Below, in pieces: positions 11,201-20,582 of a DNA stretch of 64,000 nucleotides. The position numbers and the translations under genes were made by a program. The stretch is from the NCBI RefSeq assembly GCF_007750395.1, contig NZ_CP036281.1:159211-223210 (forward strand), given 5' to 3'. The notes under the pieces were generated by a model. It worked only from the letters and a program-made list of their open reading frames with translations. It was not told the DNA's origin and searched no databases. Source of the stretch: Polystyrenella longa. Lineage in GTDB: Bacteria > Planctomycetota > Planctomycetia > Planctomycetales > Planctomycetaceae. The stretch's first letter is position 1. Each line of letters opens with the position of its first letter.

Positions 11201-12921
11201 TCAGTCAGGTCATAGGCGAATAATAAACCATTGCCAGTCGGACAAAGCAGGACTTGATCAAGCAAGGCGGGAGAAAGCTCGTAGTTACTAAGCAACAGCT
11301 CTTGGACTTCGAGTGGAGATAACTGCTGGAGAGGTTGCTGACGAATCAGGTGGCCACTGTCTGCATCGAGGGTAAGCAACAACAACTCTGAACCACTGAT
11401 GGCCAACGTGTAAAGTTTGTCTTCTAAACAGAGCGGCGCACCGAGAAAGAAATAACCGGCGAGTGGTAAAACTTGAAACTGTCTGGTCCCACCGATCTCC
11501 CATTGAACTTTTCCCGAGCTCGCTTCCAATGCATACAGGCGGTTGAACCTCTCGACTTGCTGGGTCCCTCCGAAGATCACAACGCGCTGATTCGGCTCCT
11601 CCTCTGGGATTACCTTGTCCAGCGCGAAGACTTGCCGTCCGTTGCTGCTGAGCGACTGACTGCGGGCATTGGTCCACAGTTTGGAACGCAGCAAGTTTTC
11701 CATCGTGGTTCGATTATTGGCCAATACTTGTTCGCTGGGGTGAGCTTGATTCAGAACCCAACGTTCGAATTCGAGATCAAGTTGCACATCGCGCCAGGCA
11801 AGTTTGCCGGTGGCTTGTTCGCGTGCTTCGACTCCCGCGAGGGTTCGCATGATGAGCAATGGCCCGATTTTCAAAGGTTCGTTGACGGGGATCAGCTCTT
11901 GCTCCTGAGACTCGGTGGTGCGAATCAGGCTGCGAATGATCTGTCGTGCGGGAGCAAGTTCATCCATTCTCGCTTCAAAAGCGGCGGCCAGTAAATCGGT
12001 TTGCCAAAGGGGTTCTCCCCGGGGTTGCGCGGTCGCCACCACATTTCGAGAGAGATTTCCCCGGTTGTGCGACCAGTCTTTCAGCTCTTCGGTGCTGCTG
12101 TTGGAGGCGTCTGTCTTCGTCGGTTTCAGTATCTCCTCGGAAAGCTGGGTCACCGGGATCGATTCCCCACCGAAGGTGATCTGGGCCTCCGGGAAATCCG
12201 TTTTGATTTGCTCGAGGATCGATTTGGCTCTCGCGTGCTCCCCTGTTTCCAGATAAGCCCAGGCAAGTCGAAATTGCACACGGGTTCTTTCCGTTGTCTT
12301 CAGCTGGCTGGAGTTGGCCCGTTCGTAATATCGAATGGCCGAGGGAAAGTTAAAGCGATCGAAATGTTGATTCCCCAATTGAAGGGCGGCTTGGCGCCCG
12401 CTGGCAGTCTGTGGATACAGGCGAACAAGCTCTTCGAGCAGGGCCAGTTTGCGAGTGGGGTTAGGCTCATTCTCGTATTGAAGGTACGCCGCCTCGGCAG
12501 CAGTACCCAACTGCAGTTCGTAAACCCGTCTTGCCTCCGTCGGGAGGTCGTTCAAGATTTGGAGAGCAATATTTTTGAGCGACAGCGGTTGGACTTGGGT
12601 GAATTGAGGGAACTGCTTGGAATCGAGTAATAGATCGGTATCCAGTTCCAGAATAGACTGCACAATTTCAAACCCGTTCGCGTAGTCTTTCGCTTCAAAG
12701 GCCTGCAGGCCGGTGTCCAGTTTTCGGATCAACTCCTGCTGCTCGCCAATACCCCGTTGTACTTCCGAGGGAGGGGCGGGGTTGATTTCGGGTAGCTGAG
12801 CGAGCAGGGAATTTCCTGTTTGACAGCCGGGAATCTCCAGAAATTGAGCTCTGGCCCAGAGGCTGGCCAAACCGAGCAAAAAGAGGAACATCCAGTACGT
12901 GTGAACTCGTATCGGGCGCAT
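8293..12921 (-). CDS. Giant secreted protein (~1540 aa) with TPR-like helical repeats and two PQQ/BamB-like beta-propeller regions
   Basis: ORF open 8293..12999. The likely start is the internal ATG at 12921, giving signal peptide MRPIRVHTYWMFLFLLGLASLWARAQ. Multiple PQQ-type repeats: 'VNVATGEQNWTRE', 'LVTGETVWKSKLD', 'VNTGKVLWQV', 'IETGEISWEYTF', 'LTSGKKIVDLKV'. TPR-like segments occur between them. Confidence 0.8.
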   Translation of the reverse strand: MRPIRVHTYWMFLFLLGLASLWARAQFLEIPGCQTGNSLLAQLPEINPAPPSEVQRGIGEQQELIRKLDTGLQAFEAKDYANGFEIVQSILELDTDLLLDSKQFPQFTQVQPLSLKNIALQILNDLPTEARRVYELQLGTAAEAAYLQYENEPNPTRKLALLEELVRLYPQTASGRQAALQLGNQHFDRFNFPSAIRYYERANSSQLKTTERTRVQFRLAWAYLETGEHARAKSILEQIKTDFPEAQITFGGESIPVTQLSEEILKPTKTDASNSSTEELKDWSHNRGNLSRNVVATAQPRGEPLWQTDLLAAAFEARMDELAPARQIIRSLIRTTESQEQELIPVNEPLKIGPLLIMRTLAGVEAREQATGKLAWRDVQLDLEFERWVLNQAHPSEQVLANNRTTMENLLRSKLWTNARSQSLSSNGRQVFALDKVIPEEEPNQRVVIFGGTQQVERFNRLYALEASSGKVQWEIGGTRQFQVLPLAGYFFLGAPLCLEDKLYTLAISGSELLLLTLDADSGHLIRQQPLQQLSPLEVQELLLSNYELSPALLDQVLLCPTGNGLLFAYDLTEERWIWKTKYPSFSARFRPLDRSSAPSDADEILLPTEMNHPGGEAIPIAGDGHVAMAPPDSSVFFCINVATGEQNWTREQKDLVTLIGIENHRLLVLNRNSVESIHLVTGETVWKSKLDKTPSGRPLLANQLIHVPLSSGLILSLETENGRTRSQYVLKPLQARGVLLASEGQLYCQSEEFLVSFPTAATAKQQIDAVLESQPQSEEALYQQAHELLLSGEMAAGREALRQLNTKHDSQSARQLLIRLLKEDVQYDPDQADPAIEELLSLISTTDDSFSVLKLIVDRYVQREEYLRAFDAALAFIHSSESSRLPLVKLEKASLTPTLWFRSQMTDWYTQLDDSEKQTVQQKIEQLVESLLEDDQEGLSQLEQILRDLPASVFLQRRLVSQFNQELKELAEEEKSALRDRQQARYEFQRNFYLQELALNDPEQGAEWAYQYYEHLREKNEPQLALAWLDVIATHFKSLTVHGDQSGIDFARAQKEELEPGHTISRVFESVDLFDIQQYQTNSNLPNVLRTELTHYIDNSGPFTSYRYYWNASLHRLEVETRSQEPKWIFPFPQHSIQGVGRDRTSVFSSGPFLLVLLDGDLSVWKSRGPDETPIMLWSRSLIESLDASISTGLNKLTPWYDVPVPFAGPVIEDRIYYRIGDTLYSADVNTGKVLWQVKHVSDSALIFGKDSIIGLLSSDPRMERELTALNAITGEIINTIKPGSGEQPIAIMANQCVISGRQAGNRRIYSLSIETGEISWEYTFPGDAALDVVRDEEGDRLAVLDQEGQFHMIDLTSGKKIVDLKVNPTAQLKQIRLIAAEDQYLVLVEKEQANERNFSYSYNSDQLHPPFLVNAQCFAVNRRKKSLEWQRDFEEGMFYSHQIPDLPIILLTIKTKENLNPLRSSQTLNTAVLDRRTGKTLFEHQTLAANDKYTIDLNPDRKRIEFKFNDFTIRATPASAEVDTKPESDESKEIEDQQPE

Positions 12922-13315
12922 GTTCTTCAATTCTGAGAGTTCCGGAGGTAAAGGAAAAAAGGAGGCGATCTGGAAGGTGTCCTCCTGCCGGGACGTCATT
13001 TTGCGGCGGGAGCGCAGTTCTAGGTTGGAGTTTCATTATAGGTCCCGCTCCAAGAGAGCAGAAGCGGCAAATAAGAGGATCCATACCCTAAATTACGGTC
13101 TCGGAGCAGGTTTCGGCGTGGAATGACATGGCGATACTGACGGTTAATTCACGAGAACGTCCGAAAACCAGTCCTATTAAGTCGGCTTTTTCTATGGTAG
13201 GGTGCTGTTCGGGCCTTACAATGGTAGCATGCGAACGAAAAGGCCCGGTTCTAAACAAAGGTCCAGACGGCTTGAACTCTTTGCTCACATAGATTTACGA
13301 CCCTGAGACAGGTAT

Positions 13316-13948
13316 ATGCCCGATATCGAGGAACTCGAACAACGACTCATTGAAGGAGATCGTGCTGCGCTGGCGGAGCTGTTTCAAGTGCATTACGAGC
13401 GTTTGTGGCGCATTGTGCATTTTCGGCTCGACCCGCGAATGCATGGACGAATCGATGCGGACGACGTTCTGCAGGACGCCTTTATCGACGCCGAGAAACG
13501 GATCACTACCGTTCTTCACGAATCGCCCGGTTCCGTCTTTATCTGGCTTCGTTTGATTGTGAATCAGACGCTGACGGACTTACATCGCAAGCATCTGATG
13601 GCTCAGAAGCGGTCTGCCAAAAAAGAGATCCGGGTCAATCACCAGAAGTACAGCAGTGAATCGACCTCTTTCGCCCTGTCATTTCATCTGTTAGGGCATC
13701 TGACTTCGCCCAGCCAAGCGGTTTTGAGGACTGAAATCTCAGAGAATCTGGAAGCAGCCCTCTCCAGTTTAAGTGAGATCGACCGGGAAGTCCTCGCTTT
13801 GCGGCATTTCGAGGAGCTGACCAACTCGGAAACTGCCCAGATTCTAAATTTGACGCCTCAGGCGGCCTCGGTTCGATATATCCGGGCAATTAAACATCTG
13901 AAACATGTTTTAACCGCAATTCCCGGGTTGATGCCGGAAGATGCCTGA
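13316..13948 (+). CDS. ECF-type RNA polymerase sigma-70 factor
   Basis: 210 aa. Region 2 'DDVLQDAFIDAEKRI', region 4 HTH 'LSEIDREVLALRHFEELTNSETAQILNLTPQAASVRYIRAIKHLK'. Lies 200 bp upstream of a Ser/Thr kinase gene on the same strand. Confidence 0.85.
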   Translation: MPDIEELEQRLIEGDRAALAELFQVHYERLWRIVHFRLDPRMHGRIDADDVLQDAFIDAEKRITTVLHESPGSVFIWLRLIVNQTLTDLHRKHLMAQKRSAKKEIRVNHQKYSSESTSFALSFHLLGHLTSPSQAVLRTEISENLEAALSSLSEIDREVLALRHFEELTNSETAQILNLTPQAASVRYIRAIKHLKHVLTAIPGLMPEDA

Positions 13949-14150
13949 CGTATTGAGATTGGTCGTTCCGCTGTTTGTTATTTCACGGATGTGCGAAAGA
14001 CAGGTTTCTGTCCTGACGTACGTGCGGTTGACGACCCTTCGGGTAAAAATCGAAGAGGAACAGCAATCGGGCCTCTCTTCTGCTGGTCGTCACGATGTAT
14101 AATCGTATTGACGTAATAAGATAGCGCGCCTCATTCACTCTGTTTCTCTC

Positions 14151-15446
14151 GTGCGAATCAGAGAGTCTGAAATGAGCGAAGCGATAAGTGCTTACCAGAT
14201 GAAGGTGTACGGTGTGCCTGACCAGTCGCCAGCCGATGAACCTCAGACCAGGGATCTTCTCGAGATCCTGTTGACCCAGTATCTGGAAGAGTTGCGTAAA
14301 GGAACTCTTCCAGCGATAGATGTGTACGTAAAAAGGTACCCTCATCTGGCGGAAGAAATCAATGAGGTATTTCCAATTGCCGCCAGCATGGAGCAGTGGA
14401 AATCGACCAAAGATATGGATGTGGCTCAACGCGAGCAGCAACGTCCGATCAAAATCGAAAAGATTGGACCTTATCAGATCGTTCGTGAAATTGGACGGGG
14501 GGGCATGGGGGTCGTCTTTGAGGCGGTCAATGAACAGTCTGGTCATCGAGTTGCTTTAAAACTATTGCTGACAGGATTCGCTCACGCGAAGAAATGGCGA
14601 GAACGGTTTCAGACCGAAGCCCGTCTGGCTGCCCGCTTGCAGCACACAAACATTGTATCCGTCCTCGACTTTGGCGAGTCCGATGGAAGTTGTTATTACG
14701 CAATGCAGCTTGTCGAAGGGATGAGCCTGCACTGGTTGATCAAAAGACTGCGGGAACCGATGGGTCTCGTTACGGCGACCGAAATAATGGAGTCGTTCCA
14801 GAACGGGGACGAGCTTAAACCAGACACCGATCAAGAACGGACCGCACCGGTTGACGAGTCTCGCTGCCTGAAACGAAACGCCTGGAAGCAAATTGGCAAG
14901 ATCGGTATTCAGGTTGCTAAAGCACTTCAACATGCCCATCAAGCTGAGACATTGCATCGCGATATCAAACCTTCGAACCTGCTGCTTGATCCACGTGGCA
15001 ACATTCGGATCACCGACTTTGGGCTGGCCCAGCAGATAGAAGAACAGACCGAGATTCAATCGGCGATTGTCGCGGGTACACTTCGCTACATGGCACCCGA
15101 ATGCCTGCATGGCGTCTCCGACGAACGGAGTGATATTTATTCCTTCGGGGCGACGTTGTACGAACTGACGACTTTGCACAAAATGATTCCGGGAGACAAT
15201 CCGGAAGATGTCATTCATGGCATTCAGGCCAGAGCGATTGCTCCTCCCCGATCGGTAAACCCGGAAATTCCGCGTCCTTTGGAAGCGATCATCGACAAAG
15301 CGACTCAGCTACTTCCAGAAGATCGTTATCAGACGGCACGGCACATTAAACGGGACATTGCCCGTTTCCTTCGGAATCAACCTGTCGAAGCACCACCGCT
15401 CCAGAATACTACTTCTTTTCGCAATTTGTTTTCGCTTAAAAAGTAG
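14151..15446 (+). CDS. Serine/threonine protein kinase (Hanks-type), cytoplasmic, paired with upstream ECF sigma factor
   Basis: GxGxxG 'IGRGGMGVV', 'VALKLL', catalytic loop 'HRDIKPSNLLLD', 'DFGLA', 'APE'. An alternative start, MSEAIS, is at 14172. Confidence 0.85.
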   Translation: MRIRESEMSEAISAYQMKVYGVPDQSPADEPQTRDLLEILLTQYLEELRKGTLPAIDVYVKRYPHLAEEINEVFPIAASMEQWKSTKDMDVAQREQQRPIKIEKIGPYQIVREIGRGGMGVVFEAVNEQSGHRVALKLLLTGFAHAKKWRERFQTEARLAARLQHTNIVSVLDFGESDGSCYYAMQLVEGMSLHWLIKRLREPMGLVTATEIMESFQNGDELKPDTDQERTAPVDESRCLKRNAWKQIGKIGIQVAKALQHAHQAETLHRDIKPSNLLLDPRGNIRITDFGLAQQIEEQTEIQSAIVAGTLRYMAPECLHGVSDERSDIYSFGATLYELTTLHKMIPGDNPEDVIHGIQARAIAPPRSVNPEIPRPLEAIIDKATQLLPEDRYQTARHIKRDIARFLRNQPVEAPPLQNTTSFRNLFSLKK

Positions 15447-15670
15447 TGCCGCGCTGTTCGGCTGCGAATCACGCTTTATTCTCTCCCAGCGATGGTTCAG
15501 ACTAGAGGAATTCCGGTCCCTCCTGCACAATAGGACTGCCGTCCTCCAAGGGGACGGTAAGGCCTGCCGACTGTCAACGGCGATGTACGCCCGAACGCTC
15601 TCTTCCGGCCCGTTCAGGTTCAGGGGCACCGAGTCCTGTTTTTTAGACGGAACTACATGCTTAAAAGGGA

Positions 15671-17896
15671 ATGATGACCAACAGGATGGAAACGGAATCG
15701 CATACAGAATCATTACGGGAAATCATCGAAGAGTACTGGGGGTACGATGAATTTCGGCCTCTGCAGGAAGCGGCGATGGTCTCGGTGATGGCTGCGCGCG
15801 ATTCGCTCGTCGTTCTTCCAACAGGGGGCGGAAAATCGCTCTGCTATCAGGTCCCGGCGATGGCGATGGAAGGGTTGGCAGTCGTGGTCAGCCCTTTGAT
15901 CTCGTTGATGAAGGACCAGGTCGATGCGCTCAAAGCATGTGGCATTCCCGCGGCTTATCTGAACAGCACGCTCAGTTGGGATGAATCTCGCGAAGTGTTC
16001 GACGAAATGCAGGCCGGTACACTCAAACTGTTGTACGTCGCCCCCGAACGTTTAATGAACAGTTACCTGCTCGAAAAGCTGGTGCAGGCTAAGGTCTCGT
16101 TTATCGCGATTGATGAAGCGCACTGCGTTAGTATGTGGGGGCATGACTTCCGACCGCATTATCGAGAACTGAAACAGATCCGTGAGATCTTCCCGAACAT
16201 TTCAATACACGGATATACAGCGACCGCCACCGAGCAGGTCCGGGAAGACATTGCCAATCAGCTTCAGTTGATCGAACCCGAAATCCTGGTAGGTCCGTTC
16301 GACCGACCGAACCTTTCGTATTCAGTAGAGCAGATCAATGACCGTCTGCAACAGATTCGTGCAGTGGTTGAACGACACCCGGATGAATCTGGAATCGTGT
16401 ACTGTATCTCGCGGAAAGAAGTCGAAAACGTCAGCAATGCTCTGAATGAAATGGGGTATCGCGCACTCCCATATCACGCCGGTTTGCCGGATGATGATCG
16501 CAGCGGGAATCAGGAATCCTTCATTCAGGACCGGACCGATATCATTGTCGCGACGATTGCCTTTGGCATGGGGGTCGATAAACCGAATGTACGGTATGTG
16601 ATTCACTCCGGCCTTCCCAAGTCTATCGAGAACTATCAACAGGAAAGTGGTCGCGCGGGTCGTGATGGTCTGGAAGCGGAATGCTGCCTCTTCTATTCCG
16701 AAGCGGACCTGTATTCTTGGGAACGGATTTTAAGTGATCAACCGGAAGCCGTTAATCAGGCTTCGATGAATTCTATCCGGGCGATGTTGGGGTACTGTCA
16801 TGCCTACGTCTGTCGGCATCAGCAACTCGTCGCACACTTTGGACAGTCGCTGGAAGAAACATGCGGACACGGGTGCGATGTCTGTCGGGGGGATTATGAA
16901 CTGGTTAAAGATTCCCTCGTCGTCTCACAAAAGATACTCTCCTCCGTATACCGTCAGGATCAACGTTTCGGAACCAGTTATACTGCTTCGGTTTTAAAGG
17001 GTTCCCGGGATAAAAAAGTGCTCGGAAATCAACATGATCAGCTAAGCACTTACGGACTTCTCAAAAAAGAGAGCCTGGCGACTATCCGTAACTGGATTAA
17101 TCAACTGGTGGCTCAGCACTACCTGCAAAAAGCAGGAGAGTATCAACTTCTTCGTCTCACCGAGATCGGTTGGGAAGTGATGAAAGGAGATCGCGAACCC
17201 AAATTGATTCAACCCCGCATCGAAAGCAAATCAGAGCGAGCAAGTCGACGATCGCAGGAAGTACAGGGGGATGCCTGGGCAGGTGTTGACCAGGATCTCT
17301 TCCAGGAACTGCGACAGCTTCGGCTGGAAACGGCCGAGGATCGGCAGCTGAAACCGTACATGGTCTTTAGTGATGAGACTCTGCGTGGTTTGGCCCGGTT
17401 GCGTCCGTCGTCGATGGACAACCTCTTACAGGTCAAAGGAGTCGGTCAGAAAAAGTCGGAAGATTATGGCCAGCGATTTCTGGATGCAATTTCCGCCTAT
17501 TGCGATTCGAACGATCTGGAACAGGATGTCGATACAAGAACCCGAGTACGACGTCCCAAAGCGAAAGCGAAGTCGTCCGAACTGAATAAACTAGTGAAGA
17601 CCGCCTTCGATCTGTTTGCGGACGGAAAAACGACCTTCCAGATTGCGGAAGAGCTGGATCGATCAGTTACGACCGTGAATGGCTACCTGTCCCGATATAT
17701 CCAACATCACCAGCTGACCGACGCGACACCCTGGGTAGACGAAGAGGTGACCCGTCGAATTGAAACGGTTGTCGATGAAGTTGGTGCCGAGCGGCTCAAG
17801 CCAATTTTCGAAGAGTTAAAGCAAGAAGTCTCCTACGATCAGATTCGGATCGTGGTCGAATGTCGACTTCAGCGAGAACAAAAGCGTACTGAATGA
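15671..17896 (+). CDS. recQ: ATP-dependent DNA helicase RecQ with a C-terminal extension
   Basis: 'YWGYDEFRPLQEAAMVSVMAARDSLVVLPTGGGKSLCYQVPA' (motif I), DEAH box 'IAIDEAHCVSMWGHDFRP', zinc-binding 'CGHGCDVC', RQC and HRDC ('LRQLRLETAEDRQLKPYMVFSDETLRGLA'). An extra ~130 aa C-terminal tail contains an HTH-like 'TTFQIAEELDRSVTTVNGYLSRYI'. Confidence 0.9.
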   Translation: MMTNRMETESHTESLREIIEEYWGYDEFRPLQEAAMVSVMAARDSLVVLPTGGGKSLCYQVPAMAMEGLAVVVSPLISLMKDQVDALKACGIPAAYLNSTLSWDESREVFDEMQAGTLKLLYVAPERLMNSYLLEKLVQAKVSFIAIDEAHCVSMWGHDFRPHYRELKQIREIFPNISIHGYTATATEQVREDIANQLQLIEPEILVGPFDRPNLSYSVEQINDRLQQIRAVVERHPDESGIVYCISRKEVENVSNALNEMGYRALPYHAGLPDDDRSGNQESFIQDRTDIIVATIAFGMGVDKPNVRYVIHSGLPKSIENYQQESGRAGRDGLEAECCLFYSEADLYSWERILSDQPEAVNQASMNSIRAMLGYCHAYVCRHQQLVAHFGQSLEETCGHGCDVCRGDYELVKDSLVVSQKILSSVYRQDQRFGTSYTASVLKGSRDKKVLGNQHDQLSTYGLLKKESLATIRNWINQLVAQHYLQKAGEYQLLRLTEIGWEVMKGDREPKLIQPRIESKSERASRRSQEVQGDAWAGVDQDLFQELRQLRLETAEDRQLKPYMVFSDETLRGLARLRPSSMDNLLQVKGVGQKKSEDYGQRFLDAISAYCDSNDLEQDVDTRTRVRRPKAKAKSSELNKLVKTAFDLFADGKTTFQIAEELDRSVTTVNGYLSRYIQHHQLTDATPWVDEEVTRRIETVVDEVGAERLKPIFEELKQEVSYDQIRIVVECRLQREQKRTE

Positions 17897-18039
17897 CTCC
17901 TTGTTGAGGTAAACACATCTATCTCGGGTGTGTCCGACGCTTTATATGGGTGCAATACTAAAGTACGCAGTAAGTTGGACAGGCAGCAGAAGTTAAATAG
18001 ACTTCCGTAATTAAAGTTACCATTGAAGGAATTGACATA

Positions 18040-18723
18040 ATGATACCACGACAGCTTGAACCGGAAGTGATGGACGAGTCAGGTGAGGCACAGGAATACA
18101 ATCAGATGGATCATCGGGAGGTGAACGAGCTATTCGTGACGGACCTCGCTTGGGAAGTGACTCAATACGATCTGACCGGCGTTTTGCAGGTTCTGGATGT
18201 CGGCACGGGTACTGCCTTAATTCCGATCGAGATTTGCCGGCAGTCGAAAGAGCCTCACCAGATCATTGGAATCGATCTTTCGAAAGAGATGTTGAAACTG
18301 GGCGAGCAAAACGTCGAAGAGGCAAAGCTCTCGGAGCAGATTTCCCTGAAATCGATTGATGCCAAACAAATCCCAGAGGATCTCGGTCCGTTCGACGTAG
18401 TGATCTCCAATAGCATCGTGCATCACATTCCGGAGCCTGCCGATGTCTTTCGGGAAATGGTGCGTGTATTAAAACCGGGGGGACTGTTGTTCATACGCGA
18501 CCTGATGCGACCCGAGAGTGAAGACGAACTGATGAAGCTGGTCGAAGAGTATGCGGGCGAAGAATCGTTCTATGCACAAAAGCTGCTCGCGAATTCGTTG
18601 CACGCGGCTTTGACACTAGAGGAAGTCAACGAGCTCGCCGAGGAAGCCGGCATAGATCGGTTCAGCCTGAACGCGACCTCCGATCGACATTGGACTCTCA
18701 GCGGCTCTAAAGCCGCTGAATGA
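18040..18723 (+). CDS. Class I SAM-dependent methyltransferase
   Basis: Motif I 'VLDVGTGTALIP', post-I acidic 'IIGIDLS', motif II 'FDVVISNSIVHHI', 'LKPGGLLFIRD'. 227 aa. Confidence 0.7.
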   Translation: MIPRQLEPEVMDESGEAQEYNQMDHREVNELFVTDLAWEVTQYDLTGVLQVLDVGTGTALIPIEICRQSKEPHQIIGIDLSKEMLKLGEQNVEEAKLSEQISLKSIDAKQIPEDLGPFDVVISNSIVHHIPEPADVFREMVRVLKPGGLLFIRDLMRPESEDELMKLVEEYAGEESFYAQKLLANSLHAALTLEEVNELAEEAGIDRFSLNATSDRHWTLSGSKAAE

Positions 18724-18753
18724 TCCCGTCAATGAAGATTTTATTCCGTAGAT

Positions 18754-20325
18754 TTACATTGAGTTTGCACGGGCGACGGCGGTGTCGATTCGCTTGAGAA
18801 CATTCTCCTTGCCGACCAGCAGCAGGCAGTCATACAGACCTGGCCCAACCGGGCTGCCTGTCGTCGAGATACGCAGGCCATGAATCAATAGACCGCCGGA
18901 GACTTCTTTCTCTTCGCAAAGTCCTTTGAGTAACGCTTCGAGTTGTTCCGCATTGAATTCGTCGAGCGCGGCAACTCGTTCCCGATAAGTCGTCAGCAAC
19001 TCGGGGACACCTTCTTTGGCGACTCGTTTTTTGAAGTCTTTTTCGCTGTATTCGATCTCATCCTGGAAGAAGTAAGCGACGTCCAAAATGTCCGCGAACA
19101 GTTTCAATCGGTCGCCGAGGGATTCGACTACTTGGCCGACAAAGGCTCGTTTGGAAACGGCTTCGGCTTCATTGAGAATGCCTGCTTTCAATAGATAGGG
19201 GAGACAGCCATCAATCTTCTCGTCGAGGCTTAGCTCACCCATCCAGTGGCCTTGAAAACTGAACAGTTTGTCCGGGTCGAGGCCGGCCGGGTTTTTAACG
19301 ACACGATCTAATGTGAAGTTCTTGACGACCGTGTCGAGCGACAGAATTTCTGTTTTGTCATCCAATGACCAACCGGTTCGGGATAGCGAGTTCAACACGG
19401 CAGCGGGCAAGTAGCCAATTCGCTCGTAGTACTCGACCATCACTGGGTTCAATGTTTCGGAATCGCCAAGACCGATGAGCGGAAATACCTGATCGGCCCG
19501 GTCAAACATCTTTTTGAAGTTTGGATTGTTTTTGTATTTGCTGAGATCGCGTTTGCTCAGTTTCTTGGTCGTGCCGGGGGCCGTCACAAATGGGATATGT
19601 GCGAATGTGGGAAGCGTATTTCCCAGCGCCTGATGCAGCAGAACCTGCGTCGGTGTGTTCGATAGATGCTCTTCGGCACGAATCACGTGGGTGATGTTCA
19701 TACTGGCATCGTCGACGACCGTCGCGAAGTTGTACAGACAGGAACCGTCCGTTCGTTGAATCACGGGATCGGATATCAGTCCGGCGTCCCACTCGACGTG
19801 ACCGCGGACTTCGTCGTTGATTTCAACTTTCTGATCCCGAGGAATCAGAAACCGAACGACGGAAGGGCGCCCTTCGTCTTCGTACTGCTTTCGTGTTTCT
19901 TCGGTTAGTTCGAGCGAGCGACGAATGTTGATGTATTGCTTCTTTTCTTTCTGAGCCTCTTCCCGGTCTGCCTTAATTTGTTCGGGAGTATCGTAATCGT
20001 GATACGCCTTTCCTTCGGCCAGCAGCTTTTCGACGCCGGCTTTATAGAGGTCGTCCCGTTCCGATTGGAAGTAGGGCCCGTGGGGTCCGCCGACTTCCGG
20101 TCCTTCATCCCAATCAAGTCCCAGCCATTTGAAGGCCTGGAGAATGGGGCCGAGAGCTTCCTCGACGTTTCGCTCCCGGTCGGTATCATCGACGCGGAGA
20201 ATAAAGACGCCATTGTTGTGCCGCGCCCACAGCCAGTTGAACAGGGCCGTGCGCATCCCCCCGATGTGCATATATCCGGTCGGGCTGGGGGCAAATCGGG
20301 TACGAACGGTGGTCATGGGGGGCAA
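18754..20325 (-). CDS. gltX: Glutamate--tRNA ligase
   Basis: '[27 protein letters not shown]' (HIGH motif), 'KLSKR' (KMSKS) and the class-I GluRS anticodon-binding C-domain. 523 aa. Confidence 0.9.
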   Translation of the reverse strand: MPPMTTVRTRFAPSPTGYMHIGGMRTALFNWLWARHNNGVFILRVDDTDRERNVEEALGPILQAFKWLGLDWDEGPEVGGPHGPYFQSERDDLYKAGVEKLLAEGKAYHDYDTPEQIKADREEAQKEKKQYINIRRSLELTEETRKQYEDEGRPSVVRFLIPRDQKVEINDEVRGHVEWDAGLISDPVIQRTDGSCLYNFATVVDDASMNITHVIRAEEHLSNTPTQVLLHQALGNTLPTFAHIPFVTAPGTTKKLSKRDLSKYKNNPNFKKMFDRADQVFPLIGLGDSETLNPVMVEYYERIGYLPAAVLNSLSRTGWSLDDKTEILSLDTVVKNFTLDRVVKNPAGLDPDKLFSFQGHWMGELSLDEKIDGCLPYLLKAGILNEAEAVSKRAFVGQVVESLGDRLKLFADILDVAYFFQDEIEYSEKDFKKRVAKEGVPELLTTYRERVAALDEFNAEQLEALLKGLCEEKEVSGGLLIHGLRISTTGSPVGPGLYDCLLLVGKENVLKRIDTAVARANSM

Positions 20326-20582
20326 CTTTTCGATTGATGAAAAAAGGAGGACATCTGGTCCGGGGGCCTGAAATGGGGTCCGTGATTTTAGGTGAGGCTG
20401 CAGCGTCTGGTCAAGGAATGCCTTTCCCCCCTTGGTTCCCAGTCTTTTTCCGTTCGTAAAAACGAAACTGCATCATAAATCGCCGGATCCACTGTTGCAT
20501 CTTGTCGGAGTGGAGTTAACGATAGAGGGCAATCCGAATTCTGCCGAGATAACGCTTCGGCTTCAGCCTGTTTAAGAAAGTT

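Noticed and set aside
8859-12630. Many 60-210 aa ORFs on both strands inside 8293..12999 (for example 11473..11994 +, 12001..12630 +, 11288..11677 -)
   Set aside because: All lie within the 1540-aa PQQ/TPR giant gene. They are Arg/Ser/Pro-rich, typical of out-of-frame or antisense translation of moderately GC-rich coding DNA.
13983-14546. Minus-strand 187-aa ORF overlapping the start of the Ser/Thr kinase gene
   Set aside because: It overlaps a kinase gene that has clear catalytic motifs on the other strand. It has no motif and an unusual composition.
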